Shown here one piece after another: positions 46,326-53,022 of a stretch of DNA of 64,000 bases. The translations under genes and the position numbers were made by a program. Under the pieces are notes generated by a model. It was not told where the DNA came from. It did not search any database and was given only the letters and a program-made list of their open reading frames with translations. Within the stretch, counting starts at the first letter, position 1. Each line of letters begins with the position of its first letter. Source of the DNA: Pseudomonadota bacterium (GTDB taxonomy: Bacteria; Myxococcota_A; UBA796; SXON01); the NCBI GenBank assembly GCA_030684355.1, contig JAUXTN010000238.1:106690-170689 (forward strand). The letters are read 5' to 3'.

Positions 46326-47285
46326 TCAGCCGCTCCCCGTCGTGTCGCACAACGCAACGGCGTAGTCGATCTCGGCGGAAGACGGCGCGGCGAGGAACGG
46401 AAAGAGCTCCACGACGCAACACCCGTCTCCCCGGGGCGCCACCACGCGTGCACCGCTCGCGAAGGCCACGCCGTCCCGCGCCGACCGTGCCTGCCGCGCG
46501 TACGCCGGCCCTGACGCGGAGTCGTGGCGGGTGACGGCGACCTCGACCTCCCCTTCCCCGGCGGCGCCGAGCGTGGCGAAGTCCGCGGGGCAGTTGGTGT
46601 GGGCGAGCCCGAACCAGCCGGTGTAGATCCGCGGCGCGTAGGGGCCGAGAAGCGAGTCGCCCACCATCTCCGCGCGGGAGGGCTCCACCCACGCACCCGT
46701 CGGCACCGCCGTTCCGCTCGGCTTCGCCACGGCGGGCCCCCACGGCCCCACGGGCGGCAGGCGGAGGCTCGCGCAGATCGTGAAGGCCTCGTCGATGAAG
46801 CCACGGTCGAACGGCCCCAGCTCGACGACACACCGGGCGCCGCGGGCGTAGCCGGACACACGCACGCCGCCGTCGGGGAGCGAGGTCTGCCACGTGACAT
46901 TGTCGGTGGTGATGCGGACCTGATCCACGTCGACGCCGCCGACGCGCGCGGGCGTGGTCGTGGCGCCGAGCACCGACCAGGCGGAGCCCGGGCTGTAGGA
47001 GACATCGGCGGTCACGGCGCGGTGCTCGATGCGGACGAACGGGGCCTCGGCGTCGTCGTCGCTCTCGGTCACATGGGCGTCGTCGGGCACGAGCAGGCGC
47101 GCGTGGACCGTCTTCCGCCGCAGGGTCTGCCAACTGTAGCCGGGCGGCGGCGCCTCTTCGGCGATGACCGTCGGCCAGGCGGGCTCGGGGCCGGTGGGAA
47201 CGGGGGGGGTCACCGTCGTCTGGTCGGTCGCGCACCCGACGAGGCAGAGCAGGAGGGATCCGAGCGAGCAGGAGACAAGGCGCAT
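46326..47285 (-). CDS. Hypothetical lipoprotein
   Basis: Track ORF trimmed to ATG 47285 (lipobox MRLVSCSLGSLLLCLVGC). I recognised no domain. Confidence 0.8.
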   Translation of the reverse strand: MRLVSCSLGSLLLCLVGCATDQTTVTPPVPTGPEPAWPTVIAEEAPPPGYSWQTLRRKTVHARLLVPDDAHVTESDDDAEAPFVRIEHRAVTADVSYSPGSAWSVLGATTTPARVGGVDVDQVRITTDNVTWQTSLPDGGVRVSGYARGARCVVELGPFDRGFIDEAFTICASLRLPPVGPWGPAVAKPSGTAVPTGAWVEPSRAEMVGDSLLGPYAPRIYTGWFGLAHTNCPADFATLGAAGEGEVEVAVTRHDSASGPAYARQARSARDGVAFASGARVVAPRGDGCCVVELFPFLAAPSSAEIDYAVALCDTTGSG

Positions 47286-47341
47286 CGTGGGGCGCTGTAT
47301 CACAGGGGGCGCGGCGCGCGTGCGCTGGCCGACGGGCGGCT

Positions 47342-47986
47342 CTACGGCGTCGGCCAGCTCCCGCGGTCGACGAACCGGCCGTAGTGCACCCGCCACGCGG
47401 CGAGCATCGCGTCGAGCGGCACGTCCACATGGCTGCCGTGGTCCTCGACGTACTCCATGAAGCGCCCTGCCACGCGATCGTAGGGCTGGAAGACCGCGTC
47501 CTCCACGCCGTCGAACTCGAGCGGCTCGACCCCGAGCTTCTCGCAGAGCTCGCGGTTGAAGGCCGGCGTGGCCGCCACCCACCGGGCGCCGAGGAACAGC
47601 TCGGTGTAGCCGTGGTAGACGAGCAGGTCGGTGCCGAGCTTCGCCTCGAGCTTCGCGGTGCCGATGTGGTTGCGCACCGTCGCGAAGTGCAGGCGGCTGG
47701 GGATGCCGAGCGCGCGGGCCGCGCCGGCGAGGAGCAAGGCCTTGTCGATGCAGTGGCCGCCGTCCGCCGGATCGCGCAACACGACGCTGCTCGCGGTGTA
47801 GTCCTCGGCGGTGTACCGGACCCGCCACGGGTTGTAGCGCAGGCGCTCGCGCACGGCGTAGAACAGCGCCACGGCGGCCTCCCGCGGCGGGAGCCCCGCT
47901 CCGTGCTCCCTGGCGAACGCGATCACCGCCGGGTGGTCGCTGTCCACGAAACGATTGGCCCGGAGCGTCGCGGGGTCATGCGCCAT
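47342..47986 (-). CDS. Transglutaminase-like cysteine protease-fold protein
   Basis: Track ORF trimmed to ATG 47986 (MAHDPATL). The catalytic-Cys context is ..DGGHCIDKALLLAGAARALGIPSRL.., followed by ..VYHGYTELF... Confidence 0.8.
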   Translation of the reverse strand: MAHDPATLRANRFVDSDHPAVIAFAREHGAGLPPREAAVALFYAVRERLRYNPWRVRYTAEDYTASSVVLRDPADGGHCIDKALLLAGAARALGIPSRLHFATVRNHIGTAKLEAKLGTDLLVYHGYTELFLGARWVAATPAFNRELCEKLGVEPLEFDGVEDAVFQPYDRVAGRFMEYVEDHGSHVDVPLDAMLAAWRVHYGRFVDRGSWPTP

Positions 47987-48039
47987 GGGCCCGTCTATCG
48001 CGGCCTGGGGGTGGGCGCGCTCGCGCCGGACGACGCGGG

Positions 48040-48474
48040 TCAGCCGCCGGTGTCGAAGAACTCCTGGTCTTCCAGCCGGGGGCGGATCCGGGTCTCGAGG
48101 GCGGAGGGCTGCGGGATGAGCCCGGTGAGGCCGCCCCACGGGAGGGTCGCCGCGACCTCGAGGAACCGCTCGCCGGCGGTGCCGACCACGGTGGCGCTGG
48201 CGTCGACGGACCCGCTGCTGAAGCCGCCGCTGGTGAGGCCGTCCGCCAGCGCGGTGGCAAAGGCGGCCTCCGGATCGTCCTCGAGGCTCGTGGACGCCGC
48301 GACGCGGGCGGCGCGGTGGACGACGTGCCGGAAGCTCGCGTCCCGCGAGAAGTAGTACGAGTAGTCCATCACCCCCGTGATCAACGCCAGGAAGACGGGC
48401 GTGACCAGCGCGAACTCGATGGCCTGCGAACCGCGCCGGGCGCGACGCCTCGGAGGGAGCGGTGGCGCGCTCAT
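48040..48474 (-). CDS. TadE-like pilus/pseudopilin assembly protein
   Basis: ATG 48474. The sequence ..RRGSQAIEFALVTPVFLALITGVMDYSYYF is the TadE N-terminal signature. Confidence 0.85.
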   Translation of the reverse strand: MSAPPLPPRRRARRGSQAIEFALVTPVFLALITGVMDYSYYFSRDASFRHVVHRAARVAASTSLEDDPEAAFATALADGLTSGGFSSGSVDASATVVGTAGERFLEVAATLPWGGLTGLIPQPSALETRIRPRLEDQEFFDTGG

Positions 48475-48890
48475 GGTTGATCCTCCATGCGCATGGTGAC
48501 GACCGCGCGGAGCGAGGGGAGCGTCGGCACCAGGCCGACGAGCGCGGTGAACGGCACCGTCACATCGCACGTGAGCATCTCTTCCGGCGTGGCGCCCACG
48601 GGGGTCGCGACCAACGTGGCGGTGGTCCCGCTGATCCCCTGCTCGGTCAGGGCGGCGCTGCCCGCGGCCTCGGCGGTGCCCTCGGGATCCTCGGCCTGAT
48701 CCGTGGCCACGCCCGTGCGCGCGCAGACCTTGGCCGCGGTCTGCACCTTGTATTCCTGCGAGAAGTACCAGCCCCAATCCAGTACGCCCCCGCCGAGGGC
48801 GACGAAGATCGGCAGCACGAACGCGAACTCGATCGCGTAGGAGCCACGCCGACGGGACACCGGGCGCGTCTGGCAGCGGCGCGGGCTCAT
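48471..48890 (-). CDS. TadE-like pilus/pseudopilin assembly protein
   Basis: ..RRGSYAIEFAFVLPIFVALGGGVLDWGWYF. The gene has ATGA overlaps at both ends. Confidence 0.85.
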   Translation of the reverse strand: MSPRRCQTRPVSRRRGSYAIEFAFVLPIFVALGGGVLDWGWYFSQEYKVQTAAKVCARTGVATDQAEDPEGTAEAAGSAALTEQGISGTTATLVATPVGATPEEMLTCDVTVPFTALVGLVPTLPSLRAVVTMRMEDQP

Positions 48891-49942
48891 TGCACCACCA
48901 TCGCAGCGGGCTGGTAGATCACGCCGGCGTCGACCGCGCCCCCGCCCGACGTGCCGTAGTCCATCGCGACGTTGTTGTTGATCCGGAGCTTGATGGTCTT
49001 GGCGCCGCCAGCCGCCCGCACGTCGTACACGACGCCCCAGGCGAAGCCGACGAGCGGGTAGCCCTGCACGTAGCTGATGCTGTCACAGGCGACGTTGCCT
49101 TGGTCGAACACGAGGATCGGCCCCTCGAGCGTCCCCCCGTAGCCGCTCGCGCTCACCGCGCTCTGCGTCATGCGGTCGGGCTGCGTTCCGAGCGTCGCGG
49201 GATCCCAACGCGTCGCGGAGCCCTCGATCACGTTGGCGATCTCCTGCAGGCCCGACGAGACCTCGCCGTTGTTCACGTTCACGGAGTCCCCGACGCGGGC
49301 CGCGCCCTGCGCCTCGCAGTTGTTGAGGAAGCCCCGGATCTCGATGGAGGACGGGTTGGCGACCAGCGTGCCCCACGCCGAGTTGTCCACCCCCGCGACG
49401 CTGAATTGGAAGTCGATGCTCGCCAACGTCCCCGCGGGGTGGGCTTGCAAGGCGCAGAGCGGGACGGCGAACGGCAGGAAACAATCGACCGAGCCCGGCA
49501 TGTCCGTGGCCGGCATCACGGCGATGGCGGACGCGCTCGGGTTGATCTCCTCGACGCCGAACGCGACCTGGCCGAAGAAGGCCGAGAGGTTCGCGCGGGC
49601 GGTCACCTTGACGGCGTTCACGACCTCCGCGGAGGTGCTCGGCGTGAACGACCCACCGCTCCAGATGCCGGTGACCACGTCCGCCTCCGCGAGCGCCACG
49701 GGGCTGCCGTTCGCCTGGTTGGCGGCTGCCACGGCAAACGCGCTGGCACGTGCGCTCGCCACGCCGGCCTCCGTCCCGTCGAGGAACGGGGCGGCGGCGT
49801 GGACGGCGGCGTCCGCCGCGGCCTCGAGCTGATAGTGGACGGTGCGTCCGTACCCGATGTCGACCACGAGGGCGGCGAAGCCCGCGAGCGTCACCAGGAG
49901 GAGCGTGGAGACGAGGGCGTTGCCTCGGCGACGATGCGTCAT
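48887..49942 (-). CDS. TadG-like (putative Flp pilus assembly) protein
   Basis: Track ORF trimmed to ATG 49942: MTHRRRGNALVSTLLLVTLAGFAALVVDIGY... Confidence 0.8.
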   Translation of the reverse strand: MTHRRRGNALVSTLLLVTLAGFAALVVDIGYGRTVHYQLEAAADAAVHAAAPFLDGTEAGVASARASAFAVAAANQANGSPVALAEADVVTGIWSGGSFTPSTSAEVVNAVKVTARANLSAFFGQVAFGVEEINPSASAIAVMPATDMPGSVDCFLPFAVPLCALQAHPAGTLASIDFQFSVAGVDNSAWGTLVANPSSIEIRGFLNNCEAQGAARVGDSVNVNNGEVSSGLQEIANVIEGSATRWDPATLGTQPDRMTQSAVSASGYGGTLEGPILVFDQGNVACDSISYVQGYPLVGFAWGVVYDVRAAGGAKTIKLRINNNVAMDYGTSGGGAVDAGVIYQPAAMVVQ

Positions 49943-50177
49943 TCCAACATCCTGGTAGACAAGATGGGAATAAACCGCAGCCACCAGGAAGCCAGGGCAG
50001 CGTAAGGACGCGGTAACTACGGCAGCTCGCGATGAGGTCGAGAGGGGGCGCCGGCGACACCGGGATCCGCCGAGGGGGAGGTGCCGGCGGCCCGGGGGTG
50101 CCGAGCGGAAGCTGGCACAACCCGCGTGCGATCCGGCCCTGCGTCATTTGGAGGAGGCGATCGTGGCCGAGCCGGCG

Positions 50178-50744
50178 CTACTTCGCCGGCGGCAGCAGCA
50201 CGGCATCCACCACGTGCACCACGCCGTTCATCCCCTGCACGGATGCGATCACGTTGGCATCGTCGATCATCACCTTGCCGTCCTTCAGGTGCACGGTGAC
50301 CGAGGTGCCGTCCGACATCCCGATGACCTGCCCGTCCTTCAGATCCTTGATCGTCATGACGGGGACCGCCGCGTGGTGCTGCACGATCTTCTTCAGATCG
50401 GCCTTCTTCTCGGGCTTGAGGAGCGAGTCGAGGGTGCCGGCCGGCAGCTTGTCGAACGCCGCGTTGGTGGGCGCGAACACGGTGTAGATGCCACCCGGGC
50501 TGCCGAGCGCGGGCGCGAGGTCGGTCGCCTTGACCGCCGCCACGAGCGTGGTGTGGTCGGCCGAGCCGAGCGCGATGTCGAGCACGGTCTTCTCGGCGTC
50601 CGACTTGGGAGCAGCCGGCTTGGGCGGAGGCGCGGGGGCCGCTGCGACGGCGGGCGCCGCGGTGGCCCCGGCAGTCGGGGCGGGCTGCGAGTTGGAGCAA
50701 CCGATCAGCGCGGCAAGTGAGAACATCGACAGCAAAGCAGGCAT
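50178..50744 (-). CDS. Fasciclin (FAS1) domain lipoprotein
   Basis: Lipobox LAALIGCS. FAS1 motifs: YTVFAPTNAAF and GVVHVVDAVLLP. Confidence 0.9.
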   Translation of the reverse strand: MPALLSMFSLAALIGCSNSQPAPTAGATAAPAVAAAPAPPPKPAAPKSDAEKTVLDIALGSADHTTLVAAVKATDLAPALGSPGGIYTVFAPTNAAFDKLPAGTLDSLLKPEKKADLKKIVQHHAAVPVMTIKDLKDGQVIGMSDGTSVTVHLKDGKVMIDDANVIASVQGMNGVVHVVDAVLLPPAK

Positions 50745-50876
50745 GTGGCCTCGGGGTGGAGGAGACCCGAAGCAATTGCCGTGCCACGGGAGAGGTCGTC
50801 CTCCCCCCCCGCCATCGGCGCCCCGCCAACCAGGCGCGCCCCGGGCACTCGAGGCCCGGAGCCGCCGACATCGACC

Positions 50877-51584
50877 CTACTCGTACTGCGCGAGGAGCCG
50901 TTCGACCTCACGGCTGCCGGCTTGCTCGTCCGCCGAGGTGATGACCATGCCGTGGTCGATGAGCACCACCATGGGCCAGGCGCTGTACCGGCTGAAGGTC
51001 CAGAAGAAGGCGCCGTCGCCATCCCCCACGACGGGGTGGGTCAGCCCGAAGTCGTCCGCCCAGCCCGCCAGGTCACCCGTGGAGTCCCCGTCAAGGGCGG
51101 TGATCACGATGAAGCCGCGATCGACATTGCGCTCGTAAAGCTCTTGGAGGCCGCCGGCCTCCGCCATGCAGGTGCCTCACGTGAAGCCCGCACCCACCAC
51201 GAGCACCACCTGGTCGCAGAAGTCGTGCAGATGGAGGCGCTCCCCGAATTGGTCGCCGAACTCGAAGTTCTCGACCACGTCCCCCACGTCCGAGCCAGTG
51301 GATTCCGTGTCATTGCGGCACGCGTCGATCTGCCAACCCGCCTGGTACGGCTTGTCGTCCGCGTCCAACGGATCGGTGTGGCCGTCGACCTCCGCCCCAT
51401 CCTCGTAGCCGTCCTCGTCGGAGTCCACGTTCGCGGGATCCGAGCCGATCTCCGCCTCCTCGGAGTCGAGCAGGCCGTCTCCGTCACCGTCGACCTCCTC
51501 CTCGTCGGCGTCCTTCTTCGGCGCGCCCGCGCAGGCGAGCGCGAAGGCGAGGGCAAGGCCCAATGGAAATTCAAGGCGCATCAT
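50877..51584 (-). CDS. TlpA/ResA-like thioredoxin-fold lipoprotein with an in-frame TGA at the first redox position (candidate Sec UxxC, or a pseudogene)
   Basis: Track ORFs 51177..51611 and 50877..51167 are in the same frame, separated only by TGA 51179..51177 plus three codons. Joined, they read ..VVLVVGAGFT-[TGA]-GTCMAEAGGLQELYERNVDRGFIVITALDGD... The N-terminus has a lipobox (ALAC) and thrombospondin-type-3-like Asp repeats. Confidence 0.6.
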
Positions 51585-51693
51585 GCTGCACTCCAGGTAG
51601 CGCAGCGACACTACCCCATCGCCGCGCCGACGTCAGCGAAACCATCCGATGGGCGCGCGCGCCGACCCGGATCCCCGGGTTACCGGCTTCGCC

Positions 51694-51825
51694 ATGCTGC
51701 CGAGAGCCATGAACCAGGACGACTGGCTGCGGAAGCGGGCGCGCGGAAAGACCCGGCCGGGCTGCGGCGCGGAGATCGGCGCCTTCCTGGTCTTCGTCGG
51801 GGTCCTGATCTACGCGCTGTCGTAG
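51694..51825 (+). CDS. Possible 43-aa membrane peptide
   Basis: Small ORF MLPRAMNQDDWLRKRARGKTRPGCGAEIGAFLVFVGVLIYALS, with high third-position GC and one hydrophobic helix. It is not in the track because of its size, and I have no other support for it. Confidence 0.25.
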   Translation: MLPRAMNQDDWLRKRARGKTRPGCGAEIGAFLVFVGVLIYALS

Positions 51826-51925
51826 GGAACACCCCGCGAGTCGGGTGGCCCGGCGGCGCTGACTCGCCTGCCCGAGCGCCTGGCACGCGCCTTGCTCCAC
51901 GTTGCGGTGAACGAGGAGAATCAAG

Positions 51926-52105
51926 ATGTGTCGTCGCGTGACCTGTCAGAAGTGCGGAAAGCCCGACTGGGCCGGCTGCGGTGCCCACGTGGAGCAGGTG
52001 CTCGGAGACGTCCCGGGCAAGGACCGCTGCCAGTGCCGTGAGAACGCCGGTCCCCCGCCAACTTCGGGGTGGAGCCTCGCCTCGCTCTTCGGAAAGAAGG
52101 GCTGA
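51926..52105 (+). CDS. Small Cys-rich protein (59 aa)
   Basis: GAGGAG lies upstream of ATG 51926. The product is MCRRVTCQKCGKPDWAGCGAHVEQVLGDVPGKDRCQCRENAG... It has high third-position GC, and its stop overlaps the next ATG (TGATG). It is too short for the track. Confidence 0.6.
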   Translation: MCRRVTCQKCGKPDWAGCGAHVEQVLGDVPGKDRCQCRENAGPPPTSGWSLASLFGKKG

Positions 52106-52359
52106 TGCCGACTCCCCTCCCCGCTGGGCGCGCGGGGCAACGCCCGCTGGTGGGGCTCGGCGCGCCCCTCCTCGCGGCGTTGTCCCTCGGACTTGCGCCG
52201 TTCCTCCCGGAGCCCCACCTCGTGGGGAAGCTCCGGTGGGTCGCCGGGGGCGCACACGGAATGGTCGCGATGGACTGGATGGACCTGGCGTTCCACGGCG
52301 CGCCCTGGGTCTGGCTCTTCGGGGCGCTCGCCGCATGGGCGTGGCGCCGCGCGCGCTGA
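52105..52359 (+). CDS. Small membrane protein (84 aa)
   Basis: Track ORF 52069..52359, trimmed to ATG 52105: ..LSLGLAPFLPEPHLVGKLRWVAGGAHGMVAMDWMDLAFHGAPWVWLFGAL... Confidence 0.6.
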   Translation: MPTPLPAGRAGQRPLVGLGAPLLAALSLGLAPFLPEPHLVGKLRWVAGGAHGMVAMDWMDLAFHGAPWVWLFGALAAWAWRRAR

Positions 52360-52394
52360 AGGGCCCCGGTACACGTCCGTCCGTCGGAGCGCGC

Positions 52395-52414
52395 GGAGCC
52401 TCGCGGGAGGCTCC
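52395..52414 (+). terminator. Candidate terminator hairpin (GGAGCCTC-GCGG-GAGGCTCC)
   Basis: A perfect 8-bp stem lies 36 nt after the stop at 52359. A second hairpin (GCGTTTC-GCGCGT-GAAACGC) is at 52447..52466. Confidence 0.4.
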
Positions 52415-52554
52415 GTTCCGGCAAAGCCACCGTTCGGGTTTCGGTCGCGTTTCGCGCGTGAAACGCAACGAAACACTCCCGCCCGAGCGCGTCGCCTCGA
52501 TCTCGGCGAGCGGGATGTGGATCGCCCCGCCTTACGGCGCCGCCCTTGCTCGAA

Positions 52555-52584
52555 TGAAGAATACCTCATATGATAGATTCTTCA
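52555..52584. promoter_or_regulatory. Candidate ArsR/SmtB operator: 30-bp imperfect palindrome TGAAGAATACCTCATATGATAGATTCTTCA
   Basis: 12 of 15 positions are symmetric, including perfect 8-bp outer arms (TGAAGAAT/ATTCTTCA). It is the most AT-rich spot of the region, about 110 nt upstream of the ArsR-family start. Confidence 0.45.
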
Positions 52585-52692
52585 ACCAAGTCACCGGATG
52601 CCCTCGGATCGCCTGCTCCTGCCTTCGGCCGCTCGGACCGGCCCCCTCCTCCCGGGCGTGGGGACCGTCGGGCCCGCCGCAGCGAGCGCGTG

Positions 52693-53022
52693 ATGGCCCC
52701 CGTCGTCCACCCATCCGACCTGGCCGTCGAGCGCGCCGTCGACCTGCTCGCCGCGATGGCGCATCCGGCCCGGCTCGCGGTGCTCTCGTGGCTGCACCGG
52801 CGCGGCCCCACCGCCGTGGGGGACCTCGTCGAGGCCCTCGGCATCGAGCAGACGGCGATGTCGCACCACCTCCGCCACCTCCGTGACGCCCGGCTCGTCG
52901 AGACGGAGCGCCAGGGGAAGCGCGTGGTCTACCGCCTGGTGGACGACCACGTCGGCTGCATCGTCGAGGACGCGATCGGCCACGCCGCCGAAGGCGTCGG
53001 CGCGCAGGAGGAGGCGCGATGA
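52693..53022 (+). CDS. ArsR/SmtB-family metalloregulator
   Basis: Track ORF trimmed to ATG 52693: ..LAAMAHPARLAVLSWLHRRGPTAVGDLVEALGIEQTAMSHHLRHLRDARLVETERQGKRVVYRL. It has an ATGA overlap with the ATPase gene. Confidence 0.9.
   Translation: MAPVVHPSDLAVERAVDLLAAMAHPARLAVLSWLHRRGPTAVGDLVEALGIEQTAMSHHLRHLRDARLVETERQGKRVVYRLVDDHVGCIVEDAIGHAAEGVGAQEEAR

Noticed and set aside
50745-50876. An imperfect hairpin (GGAGGAGACC ... GGTCGTCCTCC) between the fasciclin gene and the thioredoxin-like gene
   Set aside because: The stem has a bulge and the loop is about 27 nt. This is too weak to call a terminator or an RNA element.
51177-51179. Treating the TGA as a plain stop, with two independent genes on either side
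   Set aside because: The downstream ORF alone would be a thioredoxin fold lacking its N-terminal strand and the first redox residue. The upstream ORF alone would end one residue before the active site. The shared frame and the exact CxxC alignment argue for a single gene, either Sec-containing or a recent pseudogene.
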